A stretch of DNA of 64,000 nucleotides from NCBI GenBank assembly GCA_040398005.1, contig JBBAUX010000002.1, positions 64,001 to 128,000 of the forward strand, written 5' to 3'. The position numbers and the translations under genes were made by a program. The notes below the pieces were generated by a model. It had not been told where the DNA came from, made no database searches, and was given only the letters and a program-made list of their open reading frames with translations. Below are positions 9,418 through 18,203 of this stretch, piece by piece (positions within the stretch are counted from its first letter, which is position 1; every line of letters begins with the position of its first letter). The stretch comes from Opitutales bacterium. GTDB lineage: Bacteria > Verrucomicrobiota > Verrucomicrobiia > Opitutales > UBA953.

Positions 9418-10197
9418 TTATCCTTGGCGAGGACCTTGTCGACGGAAGTTTGGTCGACTTCCACGACGCGGACCACCTTGGCCGCCATGAGGGCGAGGAC
9501 CGTCGCGATAATCACGAGGGCCGCGACTGCGCTGAGGGTTTCGGCTGGGTGATGCTGTTGCTGATGACTTTACGGAAATACCGAAAAGAGAAGCAATTTT
9601 ACGTTTCAAGTTAGCCCAAAAACCAATCGGTGATTGTTCAGGAATCACGACGGGATCGATGTGTAACTTTTGACGTTCAGGGCGTGGTTCACGACGAGCT
9701 TGTGGCGCAGCATAGGCGTTTTCTTGGCGCTCATGTTGTGGTTCACGTGGTTCACGTGGAGCACGATAGGGAGGACGCGAGTCACGTTCAAAACGTTGTT
9801 GCTCATGACGAGGCTGTTCTTGGCGAGGCTCGCGAGGAGCTTGGTAAGATGCAGGAGTGGCTTGAGTTGGACGAGGCTGTTTGGCCAATTCACCGGAAAG
9901 TGATTCGGTGACTTGAGCGGGATTTTCGATCACGCCGATTGAAGGACGTGAGTTTGCGGTTTTGCCACTGGGGGCGACGTTTGAAGGAGTACCACGACGA
10001 CCAAATTGCTTAGGTGTTGAGATAGTTCCGGGTTTGACGGCGGGTTCGGTGGAAGCACCGATTACTGACATAGGGGGGAGGGTCGCGTGAGCGACTTCCA
10101 ACTTAGATTCGGTAATGCGTGGTGCTGGGTTTGTTGCCACGGGGGCAACGGACGGTGAGGAAGTATTTTCCTGACCTTTATTTTCTTCTGGGTTCAT
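9418..10197 (-). CDS. Hypothetical low-complexity Pro/Arg/Gln-rich protein with one amphipathic helix
   Basis: 259-aa ORF with its own terminator, APREPR repeats, GFWANLKRKIASLFG helix and RG-rich C-terminus. Confidence 0.75.
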   Translation of the reverse strand: MNPEENKGQENTSSPSVAPVATNPAPRITESKLEVAHATLPPMSVIGASTEPAVKPGTISTPKQFGRRGTPSNVAPSGKTANSRPSIGVIENPAQVTESLSGELAKQPRPTQATPASYQAPREPRQEQPRHEQQRFERDSRPPYRAPREPREPQHERQENAYAAPQARREPRPERQKLHIDPVVIPEQSPIGFWANLKRKIASLFGISVKSSATASPSRNPQRSRGPRDYRDGPRPHGGQGGPRRGSRPNFRRQGPRQG

Positions 10198-10470
10198 TTT
10201 CTCTTGGATGTGGCGACTTAGTTAGTAGGTCGCTGGGTGATGACCGTCTCTGCCGTTGTGGCTGATGGGTCGGTATTTTCGGTTTCCTGCTTTTGACTTA
10301 TGTTGAATAAGAGAGGTACCGAAGGTGCTAAGATTCTCATCTTAGAACCCCTGTGAATAAGTGTCTCCCCCTACTTTAACAATAAGAAAGTCCCCATTCC
10401 GCCAAAATGGTGAAAATTTGTTCATAATTCGCCCTTTTAGGCCTTTAATTGAGGTGGGCTAGCCCCGGGT

Positions 10471-11907
10471 CTAGCGTGCCTCGTCGGTAAAGCGCTGCTC
10501 TCGGATCAGGGTAATTTTGATGTTACCCTGGTAGGAGAGTTTTTCCTCGATGGCGGAACGGAGCCGGCGAAGTAATTCGCTCGCGGCAAAGTCGTCCACT
10601 TTCACGGGATCGACGATGACGCGAAGTTCGCGGCCCGATTGAAAGGCGTAGGCTTCTTTGACGCCTTCAAAGGTGAGCACTAACTCTTCAAGATTCTTTA
10701 CGCGTTGAGCGTAACTTTCTAAAGTCGATGAACGAGCGCCTGGGCGGGAGCCGGAAACGCTATCCGCAATCATCACGAGAGGTGCCAATAAACTTTCCGC
10801 TTCTACTTCGCGGTGGTGAGCGGCGACGGCGTTGACAACGCGTGGGTCTTCGCCGACGCGACGAAGGAGATTCGCTCCGGCAGCGGCATGAGTTAATCCA
10901 TTATCCGCATCAATCGCTTTTCCTAAATCATGTAATAATCCAGCCCGCTTCGCGAGTACGGGGTCGATGCCAATTTCTGCCGCGAGTACGGCGCAGACTT
11001 GGGCCACTTCGACGGAGTGAGCTAAAGTATTTTGATTGGAGGATAAACGGAAATGCAGTCGGCCTAATAATTCTTCGACCTTCACATCCATCGGAGGAAG
11101 GCCTAAATCTCGCACCGCTTCGTGTCCTAAATGTTGCGCGTGGCGTGTGACTTCATTTTCTGCCGTAAGTACAAATTCTTCAATTAAAGTAGGGGTGATG
11201 CGACCATCCTTAACCATTCTTTCTAGAGCGATACGAGCGACTTCGCGACGGACGGGATCGAAACAAGAAATTAAAACCATGCCTGGGGTTTCATCGACGA
11301 GCAGGGTGGCACCCGTGCTTTGTTCGAAGGTGCGAATGTTGCGACCCTCACGACCAATTAAACGCCCCTTCATATCTTCGCTGGGAATAGAAACAGAAAC
11401 CGCGGTCGCATCTTGCGTTGTCGTAGTCGTCAGTCTTTGCATCGCTGTGATTAAAATCCGACGTGCTTCTTCTTCGGTTTCTTGTTCGGGACGATCGAGA
11501 TTTTCTTCACGCAAGCGTCGTGCCTCACTCTCATATTTTTTTTGTAGTGACTCAAAAGCGAGCTGTTTAGCTTCATCGGACTTTAAGCCCGAGAGTCGTA
11601 ATATTTCTTTTTGTAAAAATTCACGCTCTTTTTCGTTCGCTGTCTTTAAGGCGGCGACGGCGTCGGCCTCAGATTGCGCGAGCACCAGGAGTCGCCCTGC
11701 TTCACGTTGCGAGGCTTCCACTTTAACTTGCAGTTCAGAGGTTTCCAGCGAGGCCTCCCGTTTTGCTAACTCGATTTCATTTTTTAAACGTTCCTCGTAC
11801 AGAGCTTTGATGGTCTGGGCTCTCCATTTCAAAAAAGCGTAAGCGACCATCATCCCTGCAAAAAAGATGACTACGGAAATTGTACTTTGATCGGTGGCAA
11901 AAGCCAT
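10471..11907 (-). CDS. rny: Ribonuclease Y
   Basis: N-terminal TM helix, coiled coil, KH domain (MKGRLIGREGRNI), HD domain (LLHDLGK), SRPGAR. Confidence 0.93.
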   Translation of the reverse strand: MAFATDQSTISVVIFFAGMMVAYAFLKWRAQTIKALYEERLKNEIELAKREASLETSELQVKVEASQREAGRLLVLAQSEADAVAALKTANEKEREFLQKEILRLSGLKSDEAKQLAFESLQKKYESEARRLREENLDRPEQETEEEARRILITAMQRLTTTTTQDATAVSVSIPSEDMKGRLIGREGRNIRTFEQSTGATLLVDETPGMVLISCFDPVRREVARIALERMVKDGRITPTLIEEFVLTAENEVTRHAQHLGHEAVRDLGLPPMDVKVEELLGRLHFRLSSNQNTLAHSVEVAQVCAVLAAEIGIDPVLAKRAGLLHDLGKAIDADNGLTHAAAGANLLRRVGEDPRVVNAVAAHHREVEAESLLAPLVMIADSVSGSRPGARSSTLESYAQRVKNLEELVLTFEGVKEAYAFQSGRELRVIVDPVKVDDFAASELLRRLRSAIEEKLSYQGNIKITLIREQRFTDEAR

Positions 11908-12018
11908 ACAGTTGAAGTCGGTGTGGTCGGCTTTTAAAAGTTACCAGCTCCGCCCAGTCCGCAAGCCCTTTCGGGAGGTTCGCCTTGCACATTGTCTTTT
12001 AGATGTTTGATTTTAGAG

Positions 12019-13347
12019 ATGTCTCGCCTTTTTGAGAGTGAAGGAGCTCAGGTGTCTGCCTGGTGGGAGAAATTTGCCAATTTTTCTTGGCGGACGGATT
12101 GGACACAGGTGGTCATTATTTTAGCGTTAAGCACCTTAGGGGTCGTCGCGATTAAATCAGCAGGCTCTTACCGGCAGACCAATTTTGAAACGCCGCAGAT
12201 GATTTATGTGGGCATTGGTTGGTTGGCTTACTGGATGATCTCCTCGTTGGATTATCGTAAGCTACGTGTCCACGCGCGCCGCATTTATTTAATCGGGATT
12301 CTCCTGCTGGTACCGATATCTTTTTGTGCATTTTTTAAAATAAATATTGGTTCATTTATTCGGAGTATTAACGGCGCACGTCGCTGGATGGATTTCGGTC
12401 CTTTTTCCATTCAGCCTTCCGAATTTGCCAAAGTTTCCGCCCTCATTTTTATCGCGGCGGTCTTGGTCTTAAATCCGATTGGGTCGTGGCGTAAGTCGTG
12501 GCCCACGGTCGTCAAGGTTTTGGCCGCGGCCGGCCTACCGTTTGTCTTGATTTTTGTGCAGCCTGACTTAGGCTCTGCCCTCATCTACCTTCCACTGTCA
12601 TTTGCCTTGTTGTTTGTTGCCGGCCTGAGTTCCAGGTTTTTCATGGTGGCGGGATTGAGTGCCGTCTTATTGGGAGCCGTGGTTGCAGTAGATTTAGTTT
12701 CTTACGCTTCCAAAGTGACGGCGTACGCTAAAGCGCATGAAGATGATTTAAATCCCGCCAAAGCGATTCGCGGAAAACATGAAGATACGGCCTGGTTTTT
12801 TCTTTTGAAGGATTATCAACGCGAACGCTTACTTTCCTTTGTAGCACCTTCCATCATTGATCCGCGCGGACGCGGGGCGACGTGGAATGTGAAACAGGCT
12901 GTCATCGCGGTCGGGCGTGGCGGATTAGAAGGACAGGGCATCGGTAAAGGCACCCAAGCGAAGTATGGTTACCTTCCGGAAGCGGCGGCGCATAATGATT
13001 TTCTATTTTCGGGAATGGCTGAAGAAATTGGTTTTCGCGGGGGACTCTTTGTCGTGGTCGCTTTTGCTTGGTTGCTCTGGCGCATTGTGCGAACCGCCTT
13101 AATGGCCATCGACCGCTTTGGATCTTTGTTAGCAATTGGTGCCGCTGTGATTATCGGCACCCATGTCGTTATTAATATCGGCATGAATATCGATTTAATG
13201 CCCGTCACGGGCGTTCCACTACCTTTCCTCAGTTACGGGGGGTCCTTTATTCTCAGCTGCTTTTTGCTTCTCGGATTAGTCCAGAGCGTCCATCGACATT
13301 CGGTGGATGGCGGTGAGAATAGGGGGACTCCAGTAACTGGCATTTAA
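12019..13347 (+). CDS. rodA: SEDS peptidoglycan glycosyltransferase RodA
   Basis: GARRW, QPSEFAK, QPDLGS, HNDF.F, PVTGVPLPFLSYGGS; rodA-rng gene order; ATG 12019 preferred over TTG 11992. Confidence 0.88.
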   Translation: MSRLFESEGAQVSAWWEKFANFSWRTDWTQVVIILALSTLGVVAIKSAGSYRQTNFETPQMIYVGIGWLAYWMISSLDYRKLRVHARRIYLIGILLLVPISFCAFFKINIGSFIRSINGARRWMDFGPFSIQPSEFAKVSALIFIAAVLVLNPIGSWRKSWPTVVKVLAAAGLPFVLIFVQPDLGSALIYLPLSFALLFVAGLSSRFFMVAGLSAVLLGAVVAVDLVSYASKVTAYAKAHEDDLNPAKAIRGKHEDTAWFFLLKDYQRERLLSFVAPSIIDPRGRGATWNVKQAVIAVGRGGLEGQGIGKGTQAKYGYLPEAAAHNDFLFSGMAEEIGFRGGLFVVVAFAWLLWRIVRTALMAIDRFGSLLAIGAAVIIGTHVVINIGMNIDLMPVTGVPLPFLSYGGSFILSCFLLLGLVQSVHRHSVDGGENRGTPVTGI

Positions 13348-13362
13348 CGCCATACTACTGCG

Positions 13363-15087
13363 ATGACCGACCAAAATAATTCCGACGATAACCTAAACGA
13401 CCTCCCTGAAGAAAGCACACCGCCGACTTCCTCCGGGGTTGATCCTAAGCAACTCGCTGAAGAAGCCGCGCAACGTCGCAAAGAGTTACCGCTCTTGCAA
13501 CGCATCGTGAAGCACTTCTCCAAAGACCGTGCTAATTATCGCGAACTCGTCATTAATGCCGAGACGCTCGAAAAGCGCGTCGCCCTGCTCACGAATGGCG
13601 TGCTCGATAAATTTGAAATCGAACACAAAGGCGAAAACCGCATGGTCGGTTCAATCTTTAAAGGTCGCGTGCAAAATCTCGAAGCCGGATTAAAAGCCGC
13701 CTTCGTTGATATCGGTCAGTCTAAAAATGCCTTCCTGCATTACTGGGATATGTTGCCGGCCGCGAATGACTCGCAGGTTGAATTTATCCGCGACAATGAA
13801 TCGGCTGAACAAAAACAACGTAAAGCACGCTACCAAGCGAAAGACATTCCGACGCTGTTTCCTGCGGGGTCTGATATCGTCATCCAGGTCGTTAAAGACA
13901 CCATCGGAACTAAAGGTCCTCGTTCGACAACCAACATCGCACTCCCCGGAAGATTTGTAGTCTTAATGCCCTTTAGTGGTGCTTGCGGTGTTTCCCGAAA
14001 AATTGAAGAAGCTCCTGAGCGTGAACGTTTGAAGGATATTTTACGTTCACTCACGATTCCTGAAGGCATGGGTGTAATCATCCGCACGGCGGGTGAAGGT
14101 AAGCAGGCGCGTTGGTTTGTCCGCGATCTCCATATGTTACTGCGCCGCTGGCAATCGATTGTTGAGAAGATCAACAAGTCGGAACAAAAGGCGATCTTAC
14201 TCTACACTGAGCCAGGTTTAATTGAACGAACCGTTCGCGATTTCCTCACCGAAGAAGTGGATCGTATTCTGGTCGATAATCCTGAGGACTTTAAAATCGT
14301 CCAAGACTTGGTTGCGGAAATTTCTCCGCGTTCCAGTTCACGCGTCGAACTTTATAAAGAGCCGATTCCCGTTTTCGAACGCTACAATATCGAACGTCAG
14401 ATTGAACAACTTTTCCAACGTCGCGTTCCACTGCCTAGCGGTGGCGAAATTGTAATTGATGAAACCGAAGCGCTGACCGCGATTGACGTTAACACGGGCT
14501 CGCACCGCGGTACGACCAAAGATGGTAAAGACTATATTTTACAGGCTAATATCGAGGCCGTCACCGAGGGTGCCCGCCAAATCAAGCTCCGCAATTTAGG
14601 GGGCTTAATCATGATTGATACCATCGATATGAAAAACCCCAAGGATCGTAAAACCGTTTACGATATTTTGCGCGAGGCGATGGAAGACGATCGAGCCAAG
14701 CACCAGATTTTACCGATTTCCCAATTAGGCGTGTTGCAGATGACTCGTCAGCGTCACACCGAATCGAATACGACTTCGATGTACATGGATTGTCCGCATT
14801 GTCAGGGTCGCGGTATCGTTAAAAATCCTCGAACCGTCTCGGTGGAAATTCAACGTAAGCTTTTAAGTGTGATCCGTCGCTTGCGCGAACAAGTGGGTCC
14901 AGACAAAGAATTAGAAATTAATATTCTGCTTCACCCGATTAACTTGGATCGCATCGTGAAAGAAGACCGCGAATATTTCCGCGATTTAATGAAGTCATGT
15001 AAGGTTCGTCTGGGCACTAAGCCTGACGCTACTTACAGCATTGAAACGTTTAAATTATTCGACGGTGCGGGCAAAGAATTGCGCTAA
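13363..15087 (+). CDS. Ribonuclease E/G family protein (catalytic domain, no long C-terminal scaffold)
   Basis: S1 domain (AAFVDIG, KGPR), IIRTA, IDVNTG, LRNLGGLI.ID.IDM, CPHCQGRG Zn-link. Confidence 0.92.
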   Translation: MTDQNNSDDNLNDLPEESTPPTSSGVDPKQLAEEAAQRRKELPLLQRIVKHFSKDRANYRELVINAETLEKRVALLTNGVLDKFEIEHKGENRMVGSIFKGRVQNLEAGLKAAFVDIGQSKNAFLHYWDMLPAANDSQVEFIRDNESAEQKQRKARYQAKDIPTLFPAGSDIVIQVVKDTIGTKGPRSTTNIALPGRFVVLMPFSGACGVSRKIEEAPERERLKDILRSLTIPEGMGVIIRTAGEGKQARWFVRDLHMLLRRWQSIVEKINKSEQKAILLYTEPGLIERTVRDFLTEEVDRILVDNPEDFKIVQDLVAEISPRSSSRVELYKEPIPVFERYNIERQIEQLFQRRVPLPSGGEIVIDETEALTAIDVNTGSHRGTTKDGKDYILQANIEAVTEGARQIKLRNLGGLIMIDTIDMKNPKDRKTVYDILREAMEDDRAKHQILPISQLGVLQMTRQRHTESNTTSMYMDCPHCQGRGIVKNPRTVSVEIQRKLLSVIRRLREQVGPDKELEINILLHPINLDRIVKEDREYFRDLMKSCKVRLGTKPDATYSIETFKLFDGAGKELR

Positions 15088-15090
15088 GCG

Positions 15091-15585
15091 ATGTCGGCGA
15101 CAGCCCTAGAGATTCGTCCGGTCGATTGGTTGAAGTCGGACGAGTCTCAGGCGGTCGTTGAAGTTTTAAATTCCTACGCCGCACACACCGTCGGTGGCGG
15201 TGTGCCCTTGTCATTCGAGGTACGAGCCAATCTCAGTGCTGAACTCGCCAAACGTCCGCAGGCCCTGGTTCTGTTAGCGTGGTTAGGCGGCCAAGCGGTC
15301 GGTTTGGTCATCGCCTTTGAAGGATTCTCTACTTTTGCCTGTCGCCCCTTAATGAATATCCACGATCTGGCGGTGTTGCCCAAGTTTCAATGTCGAGGCG
15401 TGGGTAAAGCGTTAATGGCCGCGGTTGAGGCGGAGGCGCAGCGGCGTGGTTGTTGTAAACTCACGCTCGAAGTCTTGGAGCATAATCAACACGCCCGGAA
15501 ACTTTATGAGGCAGTCGGTTTTGCTTCGTATCAACTCGATCCTGCCACGGGCCGAGCGCTTTTCTTAGAAAAGAAATTAGCTTAG
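15091..15585 (+). CDS. GNAT family N-acetyltransferase
   Basis: NIHDLAV, RGVGKALM acetyl-CoA motif A, LEVLEHN..A..LY..VGF. Confidence 0.85.
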   Translation: MSATALEIRPVDWLKSDESQAVVEVLNSYAAHTVGGGVPLSFEVRANLSAELAKRPQALVLLAWLGGQAVGLVIAFEGFSTFACRPLMNIHDLAVLPKFQCRGVGKALMAAVEAEAQRRGCCKLTLEVLEHNQHARKLYEAVGFASYQLDPATGRALFLEKKLA

Positions 15586-15586
15586 T

Positions 15587-17482
15587 CTAAGCCTTCGGGC
15601 GGTGGGCCAATAAGCGTAGTCCGTTTAAGCATACGATGACGGTGCTGCCTTCATGAACCATCACGCCGAGAGATAAGGTGGCACCTCGGAAGATGACAAT
15701 GGTGGCCATCGTTAATGCGGCGCCGACCGAGATTATAATATTAATACGAATCGCGGTACGGGCCGCTTTACTCAGTTCGATGGCATTAAGAAGCTTCTCA
15801 ATTTTGTCGTCCATCAGAACGACATCACTGGATTCGAGAGCGGCATCGCTTCCTCGGCTACCCATCGCAATAGCGATATCGGCGGCGACTAAGCTAGGGG
15901 CGTCATTCACGCCATCACCGACCATGGCGACGATGTGTCCTTCCGATGAAATTTTTCGAACCGTTTGCATTTTCGCTTCGGGCGAGAGCGCCGCTGCGAA
16001 TTTCTCGACGCCCACTTTCTTGGCCGCGACGGCGGCCGCTTCTTCGCGATCGCCGGTAAGCATGATGGTGTGAATGCCTAACTGATGGAGGGCGGAAAGG
16101 GTGGCGGCGCTTTGTTCGCGAACTTCGTCGACCAAGGTGACGCGAGCGATGGTTGTGCCATCCGATGCCCACACTTCGCTAATAATAGCACCACTGTCTG
16201 TATTGGTGGAAGGGAGTGCGGCACAGCCGACAAAGTCACGTCCGCCGACTTTCCAGGTTGTACCGTTAATGACACCAGAAATTCCTTTACCTGGGAAGTT
16301 GGAGAGACCGCTGACTGAAAGACATTGTGCACCTTCTGCCCGACAGGCCTTGAGGATACCGCGGGCAAAGGGGTGGGTTGAATTAGACTCAACAGAAAGC
16401 AATGCCGACAGTGTTTTGCCGCGATTTTCGGGTGGATAAACTTCGAGCGATGAGACGACGGGCTCACCCGAAGTTAACGTTCCCGTTTTATCAAAGCAGA
16501 TGGTGTTCACTCCGGAAAGTCGTTCAACCGCAGCGCCACCTCGGAATAAGATTCCTTGGCGAGCACCTGCAGCGATGGCGGCTAAGATAGCGGATGGAAC
16601 GGAGAGGACGAGTGCGCAGGGGCTGAGAACCACCATGAGAGTCATTGCGCGATAGAGTGCCGACGTTTCTCCGCCCATGACGGGGTTGTTTAGGACGTAA
16701 TATTGGTAGAGAAAGAAAATGAGCGACGCGGAGAGCGTAAAGATGGCATAGATGTCGCCCCAGCGATCAATGGCGCGCTGGGCCGGGGCTTTGCTTTCTT
16801 GTGCTTCGCGAATCAGCGCAATGATGCGTTGCAGGGAACTATCTTTTTCAGCCTTGGTGACTAAAACAACCAGCCGTCCCCAACTATTTAAGGTACCACT
16901 GGAAACTAAGCTGCCTGTTTTTTTATCCACCGGTTTTGCTTCACCCGTTAGAGTGCTTTCATCCACCGAACTTTCTCCCGACACAACCTGGCCATCGGCA
17001 GGAACTAACTCACCCGGGAGGACGATTATTTGATGTCCAGGTTTCAGTGCACTGACGGAAATAATACTTTCTTTACCATCACTTTCAATCAAGCGGGCCT
17101 GCTTGGGAGCGCGATCTAAGAGGGCATCAATGGCCCCTCGGGTGCGGAACATTGCATAGTGTTCAATCGCCCCTGCAGTGGAGAATAGAAAGAGCAGCAG
17201 TGCACCTTCTTCAGGGTGACCAATAATCCATGAACCACCTGCAACAAGGATCATCAAAGTGTGCACATCGACTCTTTTTTCGCGCAGTGACGCCCAACCG
17301 TCGATGAGCGCATCCCATCCACCAGCAAGACACGAGACGGCGAGTAGTAATGTGGAGATCCAGTGAAGCGAATTTTCGGGTGGATAGGAATGACTGACGA
17401 GAAGCGCGAGAAGTCCGAATAAACCACTTATCACCGCGAATACTGCGAGTTTTTTCCACTCATCATGATGTTTATCGCTCAT
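15587..17482 (-). CDS. Heavy-metal P-type ATPase, P1B-4 subclass (Co/Fe/Zn efflux)
   Basis: LTGE, SPC in the metal-binding helix, DKTGT, HP, GDGVND, HEGST; no N-terminal metal-binding domain. Confidence 0.9.
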   Translation of the reverse strand: MSDKHHDEWKKLAVFAVISGLFGLLALLVSHSYPPENSLHWISTLLLAVSCLAGGWDALIDGWASLREKRVDVHTLMILVAGGSWIIGHPEEGALLLFLFSTAGAIEHYAMFRTRGAIDALLDRAPKQARLIESDGKESIISVSALKPGHQIIVLPGELVPADGQVVSGESSVDESTLTGEAKPVDKKTGSLVSSGTLNSWGRLVVLVTKAEKDSSLQRIIALIREAQESKAPAQRAIDRWGDIYAIFTLSASLIFFLYQYYVLNNPVMGGETSALYRAMTLMVVLSPCALVLSVPSAILAAIAAGARQGILFRGGAAVERLSGVNTICFDKTGTLTSGEPVVSSLEVYPPENRGKTLSALLSVESNSTHPFARGILKACRAEGAQCLSVSGLSNFPGKGISGVINGTTWKVGGRDFVGCAALPSTNTDSGAIISEVWASDGTTIARVTLVDEVREQSAATLSALHQLGIHTIMLTGDREEAAAVAAKKVGVEKFAAALSPEAKMQTVRKISSEGHIVAMVGDGVNDAPSLVAADIAIAMGSRGSDAALESSDVVLMDDKIEKLLNAIELSKAARTAIRINIIISVGAALTMATIVIFRGATLSLGVMVHEGSTVIVCLNGLRLLAHRPKA

Positions 17483-17684
17483 ATTTATATGATTTAACTC
17501 TAAAAATAATATTGGTCAACCTTAGGGGTGTCGGTGGAGAAAATTTCTGCTCACGTGATTCATTTTTCGGACAGAATTTTTTCTAAAAACGAGTGAGGAA
17601 TTTTTCACCATCGGCTCTGAGTGAATTTCCTCTTGCGCTCTGCGCATAAATGTCTATCAATCGTCATTAAGAGTTAACCGCAAC

Positions 17685-18071
17685 GTGACTAACCGAACCG
17701 AAACCATCAGCGAAAGTCTCATCACCGTGTCCCTTCCTACGAAGTTACACACTGAAGCAATCGCTTTTCAGCAACGCGCCGGCTTGTCTAATTTGAGCGA
17801 AGTGATCAGGCATGCGTTAGAGAATTGTCCTGAGAATCGTTTGAACGTTGAACCAACCAACTCCCGCCAAGTGTCTTTCCGAGTCCCCTCGGAGCTCCGC
17901 ACTCGTATTACCCGTCAGGCTCGTCAGGCCCGGGTGAGTGTAGGGCGCATCGTCAGGGTGGCGCTTCAGTCGCTGCCCTCTAACCCAACAACGAACATCA
18001 CAACTATGGCAAAAAAGAAAAAAGCTGCTAAGAAATCAGTAGCTAAAAAAGCCAAATCCAAGAAGAAATAA
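17685..18071 (+). CDS. Tandem ribbon-helix-helix (CopG-like) protein with Lys/Ala-rich histone-like tail
   Basis: Two beta-alpha-alpha units (ITVSLP...NLSEVIRHAL; QVSFRVP...SVGRIVRVAL) followed by MAKKKKAAKKSVAKKAKSKKK. Confidence 0.7.
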   Translation: MTNRTETISESLITVSLPTKLHTEAIAFQQRAGLSNLSEVIRHALENCPENRLNVEPTNSRQVSFRVPSELRTRITRQARQARVSVGRIVRVALQSLPSNPTTNITTMAKKKKAAKKSVAKKAKSKKK

Positions 18072-18130
18072 TTCTTCTCGGACTCTCCGTCGCTAAGGCG
18101 GATGGCACTGGTTTCATTACCAGCTAAAAC

Positions 18131-18158
18131 AAGGACCCTCGTAAGGGGGTCCTTTTCT
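18131..18158 (+). terminator. Intrinsic terminator after the RHH/histone-tail gene
   Basis: AAGGACCCTC-GTAA-GGGGGTCCTT followed by TTCT. Confidence 0.75.
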
Positions 18159-18203
18159 GTTGGCTTGAAAAGCGGCGAGAGGGAAGTTTGAGTCTCCCCA
18201 TCC

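Noticed and set aside
10198..10470. 6S RNA next to rny
   Set aside because: I could not find a long rod with a central bubble by eye; only local hairpins are visible, so a covariance-model search is needed
11036..11842. 268-aa ORF antisense to rny, and other long antisense ORFs such as 54221-54775 and 5524-6012
   Set aside because: Ser/Arg-rich shadow frames of well-supported genes with no recognisable motifs
17481..17510. Fur/PerR-like box before the P1B-4 ATPase
   Set aside because: AT-rich with weak dyad symmetry; not distinguishable from background
18006..18158. Lys-rich peptide as an attenuator leader for icd, or as a tmRNA tag
   Set aside because: No antiterminator pairing identified, icd is not a lysine-pathway gene, and there is no tRNA-like domain or Ala-Ala tag ending
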